A DNA stretch of 63,957 bases, filler included, from Welwitschia mirabilis (GCA_051453625.1; 5 parts of one record of this genome joined end to end with filler, not necessarily neighbours in it); one strand, 5' to 3'. Positions 25,097 to 38,200 are shown, counted from the whole stretch's first letter. Notes: generated from the letters alone by a model not told the origin. Made by a program: numbers and translations.

Positions 25097-27183
25097 CCAC
25101 ATATAGAACTCAAATGAGTTCACCACATAAAACTGCATATAGAACTTAATAAAGTTCACCACATAAAAGAACCCAGTATGAGTTCACCAAGTAAAAGAAA
25201 ATGATGGTTTTTTAGTGGTTTTTATAACAGAATCATCCCTAACAATGTGGACTTACTATTACCATGGAACTAACCTAACAACTTACATATAAAGATTAAT
25301 GTCAAGAAAAGTGTCCCATACCACTTTTCATGTCATTATCTTAACATGTAAATTGTATTACACTTGGAACAAGAATGAAACCTCCAAAGCTATGGGTCCC
25401 TTATTCAATTTCAAGCAATCCAAAATACAAACTTAATAACACAAGCACAAAAGAGCAATATTTTGCTTACTAGTAGACATATATCATATCTTTTAACAAC
25501 AAATGACCATCGACAGAAATGTCTTATGTAATAAGAGTTGGAAACTAATTGACAAGAAATCACGACATCATATCATCTTTACATGACCAGTGCTGCAGAT
25601 GGCAAAACAACGCTGAACTATTGTCAAGGAGACATTGATTTTATTTTCATTTATTAGATGATGGGGGCCTGCTGAAAAGATAGTTGACAGAACAAACACC
25701 ACCTAGAATCTCTTCCACATGGAAATGACAAATGGACAAGAAGATCCCTACATTCTCCATCCCCTCAAAAAACTTCTCATGAGCTTGACTTGCTACATAG
25801 TTTTCGTTGATGCAGTTTTGTTCCACGCAGATTGATTCAAGCCTAATGATGATGCAGTCCATCTGGGTAATCCAATGATGATCCATAACTTCATCATCAT
25901 AAAAAGCCACATCATGATTCTGGATTAGCAAAATGAAAATCCCAAAAGATTTTCAGACGTTTTGCGGATTTGTAGTCCTCTCATAAGAACCATTTTCTTA
26001 AACTCGTAGAAATTGACTTTGCCATTGCCATTCTCATCGGCGTTGTGGATCACCTTCTCACTAGTAGCGTCAAACTACCCCTCTGCAAATCCAAAGGCAA
26101 CAAGCACCTTTCCAAGCTCCGCTGTAGAAGTAAATCCAATTTGCACTTCTATGTGTTCAAACCCTTAATAATCATGAAGAATAGCACTAGATCTAAACCT
26201 GCATTCTTATTTCTGGAGAATCCCATTCAACTAATTCCAAGAAATATTCATGCAAATCATAGACATTCCAAATAAAAAACTATGATTCTGCAAACTCCAA
26301 AGGCATTTTGGACCTCCAACACTAAAATAGCAATAGAAATTTCTAACAAGAGAAAATTTCATGCAAATCCAACGTGAACCTTTAGAGAATTGTTAAAAGT
26401 CCTTGATTCTTGCATTGGTAATAGCATGACATCCCTTGGTCTTCATCTTTTTGAGATTCCGACAATACATACCGATGTTGCAGAGTCTGTCATCACTAAT
26501 CCTCAAAACATGTCGATTGCAGCAAAGCATGAAACACATCACATGATCAAATCTTTGACAACTGAATCCTTCCACTTCATACTCGCACTTGCAGACGCAC
26601 AAACCATTTTTGCGATCCAACAATGTGAGGCTGCTAAAATGTGTGAAAGGCACTCATCCAGAAGAGACGTTGAGTAATCACACAACAATGAAAACGAAAT
26701 GTCCTTTGACAACATCAGAACCACCGTGCAGTGCGAAATGCATGAAGTCGTTGCAGTTGTGGTAGTAGAACCATGTGAGTTCATTATTGAAGAAGCAACC
26801 TGTTGTGCTTCATCACCGAGAAGAGGCATCTAATCAGCAGGTAAGCCCTCGGCCCCTCCACATTACTCTTGTGCTTGCCCTCTAAATTTTCACACATGTA
26901 ATTTCGCAGTAGAAGCACAATCGCCACTGTCACCCATAAAACAGAGAACACATCAAGGATTGCAATTCCTTTGTTGCTTCTTTTGCATTTCTGTGGGGAT
27001 CCAAATCTAAAAGCACTTCTGCAAAAGGATGACAATATAGCTAATGCTCGTATTGGCTCTGATACCAATTGTAAGATCAAAAGATCCTTGCAGCACAACA
27101 AGAAGTTGTGGAAGCACCCATAGGGAGCGTGTAGGATTTCTGTGAAAGAACAACTCATTTTTTAATTATCATTTAGGGTTTTA
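25097..27183 (-). mobile_element. Putative non-autonomous LTR element carrying gene fragments
   Basis: Perfect tRNA-Met PBS (rc TGGTATCAGAGC) at 27056-27067 next to a TG LTR edge at 27070. Possible other LTR ends CCCTAACA at 25244. No gag/pol motifs inside; both ends cut by gaps. Confidence 0.55.
25980..26130 (-). pseudogene. Calmodulin-like (CML) C-terminal EF-hand fragment
   Basis: Reads STAELGKVLVAFGFAEG*FDATSEKVIHNADENGNGKVNFYEFKKMVL: canonical 12-residue EF-hand loop DENGNGKVNFYE preceded by the EL..VL..LG helix; one internal stop. Confidence 0.75.
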
Positions 27184-27709
27184 ANNNNNNNNNNTCATGT
27201 TTCAACAAAAATAAAAAAGATCAGGTGGGGGCGAGGGAAATGAGGAGGTGGTTGTAACAACCACTCAATCATAGGGAATGACCAAAAAAATATCCAACAC
27301 CCTGGATGGCTTGTAAGGAAGAATACTTACTCAGTCTGAAGTTGAGCTTCCATTTTTTATTTTGCTAAAGTTCAACTTATAAACAAGAGCTTTGCATGAG
27401 TGTATTGTTCATGTGAAATTAGAGGATTGGTAATCATGATAAAGCATTTGCATCCATTACTAGATTTGTTAGATAAAAGATTGATACACAATTTTGCACA
27501 CTATATATTGATATATGAAAAAAACTTGCATAAGATTGGCACCAAAGTAAAATCTCTTTTTCATTAAGTCAGAAGCATACAAACATTTTAGATAAGTACA
27601 CACAGATGTTCTCCCCCTTTGTCACATTCAAAGTACAACAAGTGAGGTAGGAGGAAGAAGAGACATACAAACAGAAGAAGGTTACTAAAGAGAAATGAGA
27701 AGAAGAGAG

Positions 27710-28793
27710 TTTAGTTAGAGGATTCATCATGATGAGACACTATTGCTTGTTCCCTGTGCTCTTCTTCTTCATTCGAGTCCGACGAAATCTCAAGTCCATA
27801 AGTGGATAGCCCAAATACAATACACTCTACTTTATTGTATACCTTATCTGCTATGGATTATACCTGTAAAGCTATGTCTTTCACTTTTAAAATGGCCTTC
27901 AACAAGTCTTCATTAGTTACAGGGCCTGAGCTTGTTCCTTTGTCCACTATTCTCCATTTCTGAGGCTGAGCAGGAGGTAATTCTACTTTAGAGAATATGT
28001 CCATCTTCTTTAAAGAATATAAACCCCACGGCTTTGGTACTTTCACCAACTCCTCATTCTTCTCAACAACAAACTATTGAGCTTTCAATAAAGCTGTAAT
28101 TAAACCTCCAAATAGTAGACTAGAGTAACTGGTAACAAGGAACTGACTAATGTAGTACATAATGGATTTACAGAGATTAATTCTAATTCCCATGCCAAGG
28201 CAAAACATAGTATAAGCACATAAAGGTAAAGCCTCATTTTTATGCCCTAGCTTTGGAACTAAGTTATGAGTTAAAATCTGAAACACAACTCTATAGAAAG
28301 GTTTGAGCTGATTAGTAGGAATGTTTGCTCTCCTAACAAAATTTTTACCATCAAGTTCTTCTATCAAAGTGTCTTTTGAAACTACTTCTTGAAGTGAACT
28401 AACTGGTTTTATCTCACAAAAGAAGCCCTCATTTGAATATCAAGTAATTAATGAAATGGCTTCTAAATCTATCTCCACTATTCTACCATAGACTCTAGAA
28501 ATAAACTTCCATTCATTCGGTTCAAAAATGGCATTGCAATAAAATAACCTGAACATTCTCATGAAGGCTCTTGTGTTTGGGTCCAAGGCATACATCCATC
28601 CTTGTTCTTCAAATTTTGGAACTAGTCTGAATTCATGTCTTAAGGATTCATAATCAATTTTTCTCATTGGTGCAATGGGCCTTTTGGAGAAGCATCCAAA
28701 CCAATGCTTCCTATGGTCAGGAGACTGAAACTACTTTGTTTCAGAAGTTGGCTCTTTTCCTTTTCTTGAAGCTGGAAACTTGGTCTTCACCAT
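27710..28793 (-). pseudogene. SIRE env-like extra ORF (Transposase_32-like plant transposon protein), disrupted
   Basis: Lies between pol and a PPT-like motif. MVKTKFPASRKGKEP...FEEQGW...RLFYCN...SRVYG...FQILTHNLVPKLGH...INLC...LLFGGLITALL. Confidence 0.75.
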
Positions 28794-29350
28794 GATGAAC
28801 TTGATAAAACAAAGGCTCAAGACTAGAGTTTCAATGAAAATTGAAGAGGGAAACACTCAAGGTCAAATAAGAATAAGAGAAACACGTGAAAAATGGTAAG
28901 AAAAAGGGCTTTAATGGTTGAATAAGCAAGGAAAAAGAGTGGGGCGTCCGTGGATTTGCATCCGCTAAAAGGCCGAATGTCCAAAATTTTTAGACAGGAC
29001 GTCTGGGTTTTTAAACCCCATCACCCAAAAAAAATCCAACTTAAAAAGCTCAGGATGTCCAGGATTTAAAAGTGGGACATCGGGGGGTCATCTTAGCCCA
29101 TTTGAAAAGGGAAAACAGTCAGACGTCCAAAACCCAAAATAGGATGTCCAAGATAAGATTCAGTTTTTAGTGACCCAAACAAAAAATAGTGGGAAATCCG
29201 GGGATTAGCAGTGGAACATCTAGGATCAAGTTCAAGCAGATGATTAAGCAAGTGAGGAAATTTCGAATGCTTAGTTTAAGAATCACTTCAATTGGTCTTT
29301 ACACATCAAGTCTAAGATGATGACAAAGGTAAGAGCATAACCTGAACATT

Positions 29351-32300
29351 TTATGCTAAGACGGGATCAACACATAGGCCTAGATTTTTTCTAAACAACA
29401 CAAATTTCTCTTCACTTAAACTTTTAGTCATGATGTCAGCAATCTGGCTATCAGTTGAAATATATTCCAGTGTGACGATGTTCTTCTGAACATGCTCATA
29501 AATGAAATGATGTCGAATGTCAATACGCTTAGTTCGTGAGTGTTGAACTGGATTTTTTGTGATGTTTATTACACTAGCGTTATCACTATAAATTTTGATA
29601 TTACCTATGTTGATACCAAAGTCTACCATCATTTCTTTCATCCATAGGAGTTATGTGCAGCATGCTCTAGCAACAATGTATTCCACTTCTGTTGTGGATA
29701 GAGATGTAGTGGTTTATTTTCTACTTAGCCAAGAAACTAAACAATTTCCCATATAGAAGCAGACACCAGTAGTGCTTTTCCTGTCATCAACACATCCTGC
29801 CCAATCAACATCATTATACCCTATAAGGTCTAACATTATGTCATGAGCATACCAAAGGCCAAAGTCTTGAGCGGACATGACACACCTTAAAATTCTTTTA
29901 ACTTGGATCAAATAAGACTCTCCAGGATCTGCTTGATATCTTGCACACAATCCTACACTATGGGCAATGTTGGGTATACTAATAGTGACATATAGAAGAC
30001 TACCAATTAGACCTCGATAGAGTTTTTGGTCTACTTTCTTTCCCAGTTCATCCTTAGTAACTTTAAAATTGGTTGACATTGGGTTTTTAGCATCATTTAA
30101 GTCAGACATGTTGTATTTGATCAATACATCGTGAATATACCATCTTTGCCCTATTTTATTTGAAGACCTAAAAAGAAGTTTAACTCACCCACTAAACTCA
30201 TTTCGAATTCATCTTGCATAAGGTCAACAAATTCTAAGGCGAGAGAGTTCTTAGTCGACCTAAACACTATAGCGTCAACATATATCTGAGCAATAAGAAT
30301 GTTTTCCCCATTGTGTTTGATAAAGAGGGTTGGATCTACGTTTCCTTTTGTAAAACCATTCGTTAAAATTAAAGAATTCAATATATCACACAACCTCCAG
30401 GTGCTTAGCTTTATTCAATTTATAAACATGATTAGGAAATTTTGAATCAACAGAACTTGGAGGTTGTGCAATAAAAACCTGCTCATTTATAAAACCATTC
30501 AGAAAAGCGCTCTTTACATCCATTTGAAATAATTTTATTTTGTGAAAGCAAGCACAAACAAGTAACATCCGAATGGCCTCTAACCTGGCAACTGGAGCAA
30601 ATATTCTCACCATAGTCGATTACTTCTTACTGGTAATAACCTTGGGCTACCAATTTTGTACTTTGATTGACAAACAAATATTCCATCTTTGCCCTGATTT
30701 ATTTGATGACCTAAAAAGAAGTTTAACTCACCCACTAGTCTCAATTCGAATTCATCTTGCATAAGGTCAGCAAATTCTAAGGCGAGAGAGTTTTTAGTCG
30801 ACCCAAACACCATAGCATCAACATATATCTGAGCAATAAGAATGTTTTCCCCATTGTGTTTGATAAAGAGAGTTGGATCTACATTTCCTTTTGTAAAACC
30901 ATTCGTTAAAATTAAAGAATTCAATGTATCAAACAACGCTCCAAGTGCTTGTTTCAAACCATAAAAAACTTTATTCAATTTATAAAAATGATTAGGAAAT
31001 TTTGAATCAACAAAACTTGGAGGTTGTGTGATATAAATCTCCTCATTTATAAAACCATTCAGAAAAGCGCTCTTTACATCCATTTGAAATAGTTTTATTT
31101 TGTGAAAGCAAGCAAAAGCAAGTAACATACGAATGGCCTCTAACCTGATAACTAGCGCAAATGTCTTACCATAGTCGATTATTTCTTATCGGCAATAACC
31201 TTGGACTACCAATTTTGTACTTTGATTGACAAACAAATATTCCATCTTTGCCCTATTTTATTTGAAAACCTAAAAAGAAGTTTAACTCACCCACTAGACT
31301 CATTTCGAATTCATTTTGCATAAGGTCAGCAAATTCTAAGGCAAGAGAGTTCTTAGTTAACCCAAACACTATATCGTCAACATATATCTGAGCAATAAGA
31401 ATGTTTTCCCCATTGTGTTTGATAAAGAGGGTTGGATCTACATTTCCTTTTGTAAAACCATTCATTAAAATTAAAGAATTCAATATATTGAACACCACTC
31501 TAGGTGCTTGTTTCAAACCATATAAAGCTTTATTCAATTTGCAAACATGATTAGGAAATTTTGAATCAACAAATCTTGGAGGTTGTGCAATATAAACCTC
31601 CTCATTTATAAAACCATTCAGGAAAGCGCTCTTGACACCCATTTGAAATAATTTTATTTTGGGAAAGCAAGCAAAAGCAAGTAACATACAAATGGCCTCT
31701 AACCTGGCAACTGGAGCAAATGTCTCACCATAGTCGATTCCTTCTTATTGGCAATAACCTTGGGCTACTTGCCTTGTTTTGCATGATATTATGGTTTTCA
31801 TCTCTTTTGTTCTTTAAAAACCACTTCGTTCCTATGACATGTTTTCCATTGGATTGAGGGACTAAGTCCCAAACTTTGTTACACTCAAATTGATTGAGCT
31901 ACTTTTGCATGGCGAACATCCAAGATTCATCGTTTTCTGCTTCCTGAAAATTTTTTGGCTCTATATCAAATAAAGAACAAAGAAAACTATGGTTGATATG
32001 CTTACCACTTCTGGTAGTTGTTTCCATTGAAGGATCGCTTATAATGTTGTTTTTAAGATGATCCCTTTGGGTTCTCAAAGTCAGGGAAGAGCATTTCTAA
32101 AGATCTTTGTCTTCATTGACCTCTCTTGATGTAGTGGTAGTCACGTTAACACTAGCTTGAGAGGAAGATGGAATACATATACTGTCATCATTCTTTTCTA
32201 TGCCTGCATTGCCTAAGTTAAATTCATCAATTCGTACATGAACTATTACTTCCACCTTATAACAACTTTTATTATACACTCTATAAGCTTTACTAGATGT

Positions 32301-35031
32301 AGAATAACCAAGAAAAATACCATCATCGGATTAAGACTTAAGTTTCCCTACATGACCCTTGTCTTTGAGAATAGAACATTTACTTCCAAAAACTTTAAAA
32401 TAATTTACATTTGGTTTCTTACTAAATCAAAGCTTGTATGCCGTCTTTTTCATACTTGATCTTCAGAGCACTCTATTACTTACATAGCAAGCCGTATTCA
32501 CTGCTTCAGCCCAAAAGTGTTGAGGAAGTGCATATTCGTTTAACGTAGTTCTCGCCATCTCAATCAGTACTCTGTTTTTGTGTTTAGCAACTGCAATTTG
32601 TTGCAGAGTTCTTGGAGCAAAGAATTGATGTTGAATTCCATTTGAGTCACAAAACTTCTCAAATTTCTCATTTTGAAATTCCCCTCCATAATCTGATCGA
32701 ATACGCTTTATGGTGTAATCCTTTTCATTTTGTATTCTCCTGCACACCTTAACAAATAGATCAAATGTCTCATCCTTGCAAAACAGAAATGAGACCCAAC
32801 AAAAATTCAATAAGTCATCTACCATAACTAAAAATATTTCTTACCTCCCAAACTTCCTAATTGGGTTGGCCCAACCAAGTCCATATGAATAAGATCAAGA
32901 AGTCGGTTGGAAGTTATACTTGTCTTTAATTTAAAGCTAGACTTTGTAAGCTTACCTTTCATGCAAGACTCACAAACCTTTGCTTGCTGCACATTTAGTT
33001 TTGAGATTCCAATAACTATTTCATTTGAGGAGATTGTCTTGAGATCCTTCAGATTCATGTGTCCAAGACTCCTGTGCCAAATGTTCACTTCATCTTCCTA
33101 CACTATGAAACAACCTTCTCCATTCTTGTCCTAACTGCCAACAACATATATACGCTTGGACCTATTGCTAATTAACACAACATTGTTAGTAGAAGCACTT
33201 TTAATTACACATTTATCTTTATAGAAGGAAACTACATTACCTCTATCACAAATTTGTGAGACACTAAAAAGATTGTGCTTCAAGACCATTTACCCAATAC
33301 ACATCATGAATTATAGGATGATGTTCAATTGCAACAATAAATCCCTTACCAACAATGTGTCCTTTGCTATTATCACCAAAGGTCACTTCTCCTCTATCAT
33401 AATCTTGGAAGGTAGCTAATAAACTTTTGTTACCTATCATGTGTTGTGAACATCCACCATCCAAATACCATTTTGTTGTCTCTTGGACTTTGAATGCAGC
33501 ATAGACAAAAAGAGACTTTGTAGATGCTTTCCATACCCATTGCCAATTACCTTTTCGAGTCTTAGGCTTTATTGACATAGATTGAGTTTTCCTTTGAAAG
33601 CTAAAGTTATAGTTATATCCAAAATACTAAGATTTTTTGTAAGGGCATACAAATTGAATATGACCGTATTCTTGACAAAAATAGCATTTTAGACTATTGC
33701 TTCCAAATGAACGGATACTTAACACTTGTGCCAAAGAAATTTGGAGATAATAACATACCAGAAGAAGTTCCGATTCCAGATTTATTATTTGGCCTCCTCC
33801 CTACTCCCAAGAGGCAGTTCAGGTTCTCCTCCTCCTATGCGAGCCATTCACTCGTTTTGTTGGCTTGATCTAGTTCTTTATTTAGAGCTCTTCTCTTCTG
33901 AGTAGCATTTTTGAGTTTGTCTTCTAATTCACTAACCTGTTTCTTTAGATGCAAATTTTTCTTTCCAAGTTCAAGAGTAACATAATACAACTTCTCATAG
34001 GCAAGTGTCATGTTTCGATCCTCACTTTCATAATCGTTTATCTCATCTTTAAAATCAAATGATTCACTTACCTCTTCAATTACTGAGATTAGCTGCAAAT
34101 TAATGTATCCTTCATCTTCGCTTGATCGAGAGCCTGTCTCATCATCATACCAAGTAGCTTTCAAGGCTTTCTTACCTTTGTTTTTGCTTGGCTTTTCTTT
34201 CCTTTTGTAAGCACATGCAGAAGTAATATGACCATACCCCTTACATTCATAACATTGAATAGAGCAAGAAGAGTTCTTACTTTTGTCCATACCTCGTTTG
34301 AATGATTGCCTCAAAGATCTTCGTCCTTTCTTCCTGAGAAATTTTTTGAAGTTCTTTGCTAGAAGAGCAAGGTCATCATCTTCCAAATCCTCACTAGTTT
34401 GATTGCCTTCTTCATCTTCAGAGCAAGCTTTCAAAGCAATATTTCTTTTTTTTGGATGATCTTCTTTATTTTGCAAGGAAGCTTTGTATGCAATGAGAGA
34501 TCCTTTGAGTTCTTCAACTTTGATTCTATTAATATCCTTGCTCTCCTCAATGGATGTGATTTTAGGTCTAAACTTCTTCATAAGGCTTCTAAGAATTTTT
34601 TTTGAGTACTCTGTTTTGAGGCATAACTTTTCCTAACCCTCGCATGTTGCTCACTATATCATTTATTTTGGAGGTGTAGTCTGCTACTATGTCTAAGTCT
34701 TTCATTTTGATGTTTTCGAACTAAGTTGCAAGTATCTACAACTTTGCATTCTTCACCACATTAGTTCCTTTATGAGCGACCCTTAAGGTCTCCCATTCAT
34801 TTGAGAAGCCTTTTTCTTATCTTGATCCCATTCGCTTCTGGGTTTTGAAACGGTTTTACCATTGACTACTTTTGTCGGAATAGAATATCTGAATTCGACC
34901 ATTTCTCAGATTTCACAATTTAAGGATTGCAGGAAGATTGCCATTTTGGTTTTCCAGTCGGCATAGTCCGAACTTGAGAACAAAGGCGGTCTGAAAATAG
35001 ATTATCCTTCCGTGTAGCTTGACAATGCCAT
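29351..35031 (-). pseudogene. SIRE-type copia gag-pol, disrupted
   Basis: gag (RPKITSIEES, CYECKGYGH), protease WYLDGGCSQHM, WHRSLGH, integrase RSDYGGEF, RT (MDVKSAFLNG, QIYVDD), RNase H (NPVQHSRTK, QIADIMTK). Confidence 0.93.
30140..31768 (-). repeat. Triple tandem duplication of the RT core (559-bp unit)
   Basis: Junction GG(G/A)CTAC|CAATTTTGTACTTTGATTG at 30651 and 31210; three diverged copies of KIKLFQM(D/G)VKSAFLNG...QIYVD...GELNFFLG. Confidence 0.92.
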
Positions 35032-35097
35032 CTTTAAGATAACCTAAAATGACAGAGAAAAAACCCTAATCTAGAGCAACCAGTCTCTGATACCAAT

Positions 35098-36070
35098 TGT
35101 TATGATTAAAAAACACCCTAGACGGTTTCTAAACTTTTACACTAGAAAATGCATAGAAGCTATAGACAAACAGGTACACCTAAAACTGGAAAAATGAAAG
35201 CATAAGCGACGTGCACTAGATCTTTTATCGTGGTTTGCTCTCCAACCTACTACACTCTCACTCCACTCTCAGGGGCAGCACAAAGCCTTCAGCAACTTGG
35301 TTCTCTTAAATCAAAACTTATTCTTCTAATACAAACAACCCTCTATTCCAGGGCTCAGGAATGACAATCCTTGCTCCTTTAGAGCAACACAAAGAAGAGA
35401 AGAATAGTCTGATGTCTATTGAGCTTGAGCCCAATGAGCACATATCATCAGCATTGAGTATAGCTTGAAAGATTGAGATTTGTAGCGTTGTTTTCTTCAT
35501 TGATCAATACATTTATATGTTTAGGACTCAACGAGGTAGAGAGAACCCTAGACAAGGTCTTTTTTGAGTTGTGTGCATTTAGGGATGTTCTTCTAGTTGT
35601 TTTTGACTTTGATTCAGCACCTAACGTTCAGCTGAGCACGCATTTCCGCAATAATAGTCATCTTCTTGGACGTTCCACTGAGAAAAACTAGACGTCACAA
35701 TTTTTAAAATTGCTTTTATAGAAAACTGAGACAGGGTCCAAACGTCCTAGTTTTGAGGGTCGGACGTCCTAGTAGATTTGACTGAGAATAGGTCCAGACG
35801 TCCCAACTTGGAGAGCGGACGTCCCAATATCTTTCATCCGCGAACAGGTTTGGACATCCCAGTGTAGAAGGTCGGATGTGCCAGTACTTCTTGACAGTTT
35901 AAAGGGTCGGACGTCCTAGTTTTGAAGGTCTGACGTCCTAGTACTTCTAAGTTGCTTCAGATCTAGATTTTCACTGCCTTTGTGACTCTAATAATCTCCT
36001 AGGATTTGTAAATGCAATTTGGCTACTTGTTCCAATGCATTGGTCATCATTGAAATATAACTTACCAACA
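35098..36070 (-). repeat. 5' LTR of the SIRE-type element
   Basis: Bounded by the PBS and the TSD; contains a GGACGTCC array at 35670-35940. Confidence 0.9.
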
Positions 36071-36363
36071 TGTTACAACTCCTATTAAACCATCCATCAA
36101 CTTAATGTCATTGATTTTGATTAGAATCTTCAACATAGACTAGCACAACTTCAACACCTTGATGAGAAACAAGCTCATGTTGTTCATAGACAACACATCT
36201 AAAAGGCCCGAGCCAAATTTCACCATGTTAAAAAGCTTATACCTAAACCCTTTCAACCTGGTCAATTGGTGCTTTTGTTTAACACTCGAGTGCATCTACT
36301 TCATAACAAGTTGACTTCTGAATGACTAGGTCCTTATCTTATAAAGAGAGTGTATATTAATAG

Positions 36364-36810
36364 CTCTATTGAGATTTTTGACTTAAACACCAATCAAAAG
36401 TTTAAAAGTAAATGGACAACTATTGAAGTTATACCAATTACCTGATGATTGTCGTTATACCCTGGATATGACTAAAGCAAATCACTTAGATGATCCTCTT
36501 ACCCAAGAGGAGAATCTTCCCTTTGCCATTGTCTAAATAATTTCCTAGTTGGATACCTTGGTTGAGTCATCTTATTGCTTGATCATCTCTATTGAGATTT
36601 CTGACTTAAACACCAATCAAAAGTTTAAAAGTAAATGGACAACTATTGAAGTTATACAAATTACCTGATGATTCTCATTATACCGTGGATATGACTAAAG
36701 AAAATCACTTAAATGATCCTCTTACCCAAGAGGAGAATCTTCCCTTTGCCATTGTCAAAATAATTTCCTTTTGGATACCTTGGTTGAGTCATCTTATTGC
36801 TTGATCATCT
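36364..36810 (+). repeat. 223-bp tandem duplication at the end of gypsy pol
   Basis: CTCTATTGAGATTT.TGACTTAAACACC starts at 36364 and again at 36587. Confidence 0.9.
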
Positions 36811-37129
36811 ATCCACTTGATTTTGTGCTAAACTTCTTTTGAGTTTTTATGAATGAAAGTAATTCTTTACTTTGGGGTATTTAAAATGATAAAAATTGGA
36901 TTTCAGCTACTCCAAGACATTCCCATGTCTATGAACTTCAATGTCTATGATAATTTTGTTTAAGTATTAATTATGTCAAATCAGACACTTCTTTGCAACT
37001 TTGCACTTATTTAATTTTTTATTTCAATGATAAGTCAATGTTTCAAAAAGGGAATCCAAGTTGACTAATAAAATAATATGGCTAAGTTGAGAGAAAAAAT
37101 TATGTATCAACATACTCTCATTAATTCCA

Positions 37130-38200
37130 TGACGTCCTACCAAAAGTATATTGAGATGGATCCTCAATGCTCATGGATCACATTACACCAGAAAGATCCA
37201 TGAGCTCTATGAAAAATCCATGACACGATGCATATAGAGGTCTAACCAGACGCACAAGGAGAGATGATAGATACAATCATTGCTAATAGATATGATCATT
37301 GAAATAGTAAGCAGTCACTAGGTAGCCATCTTTCTAAGGCACATTAGCTAGGTGGCAGGGATGGGTGCCTTGGGCACCTCACACATCCACTCATCCGGAT
37401 CAGAGGGAGATAGACAAACATACTGTACTCTCTTGGACATACCACAGGAGGCTGCAAAGGATCGTAGAGGAGTACTAGTTACCCATCTCTCTCTGGCTTA
37501 CAGATTACTACATCGAGCCTTGATCCACAACATTAGTCCATCGTTCGGTTGTAATCACTGTACAGTTACACACCTTTAGATTTTGGTTATCTTCAGACAA
37601 GTGGAGTAGATGGATTTACTTTCATTCATGTGGAGGAGGTTGAGGATGATAAGCAAGCCCAGATCCCTCTAGACTTTGGAATTCCCTTGTCTCCTCTAAG
37701 CGATCTTCCACAAATATGGCATTCCAGAGCTTGAGGGTGTCTAGGCATAGAGACACTTGCATACCATAAGTTAGATACCTTCAGGATATGAGCATTCAGA
37801 TACCCTAAGCAACTAAGATTCATAGAGCTCCTCCCAGAGCAGGTATTGCAGGAGGTGTCACCCTACAACAAATATAGGAGCTACTTGTCGGCATGGATCA
37901 GAGGATGATCAATTAGATGGGTAGGTCAAAGACTCAGGTGATGGACAAGATCGATGCCCAAGACAAGAGGATAATGGCTATGGAGTACAGAGTCCCACGT
38001 ATTAGAGCAAAGTGTTATAGTCAACATCTCGGAGGAGATCCGCACTCAACATACGAAGACGACAAGAGCGTTACTTGAGCATGTGAGCTCTTAAAATTTG
38101 ATGGTAGAAGAGCGCACATCATCTGCCCATTGCCACCTCCACAATCTAATGCAGAGTTTAGGATTCTACCTCGATAGGATGGATGATTGTATTAACGCTT
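37130..38200 (+). pseudogene. Remnant of the Athila env-like extra ORF
   Basis: LSLAYRLLHRALIHNISPSFG resembles the L...YR.LF.I...NL.P..G motif of the SIRE extra ORFs here; lies between integrase and PPT. Confidence 0.5.

Larger units (their letters stand above)
21537..36070 (-). mobile_element. SIRE-type Ty1/copia element with further nested material, flanked by 5-bp TSD TGTTA
   Basis: TG...CA ends; TGTTA at 21532-21536 and 36071-36075; LTR homology between 21537-22050 and 35098-35545; PBS (rc TGGTATCAGAG) at 35085-35095. Confidence 0.9.
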
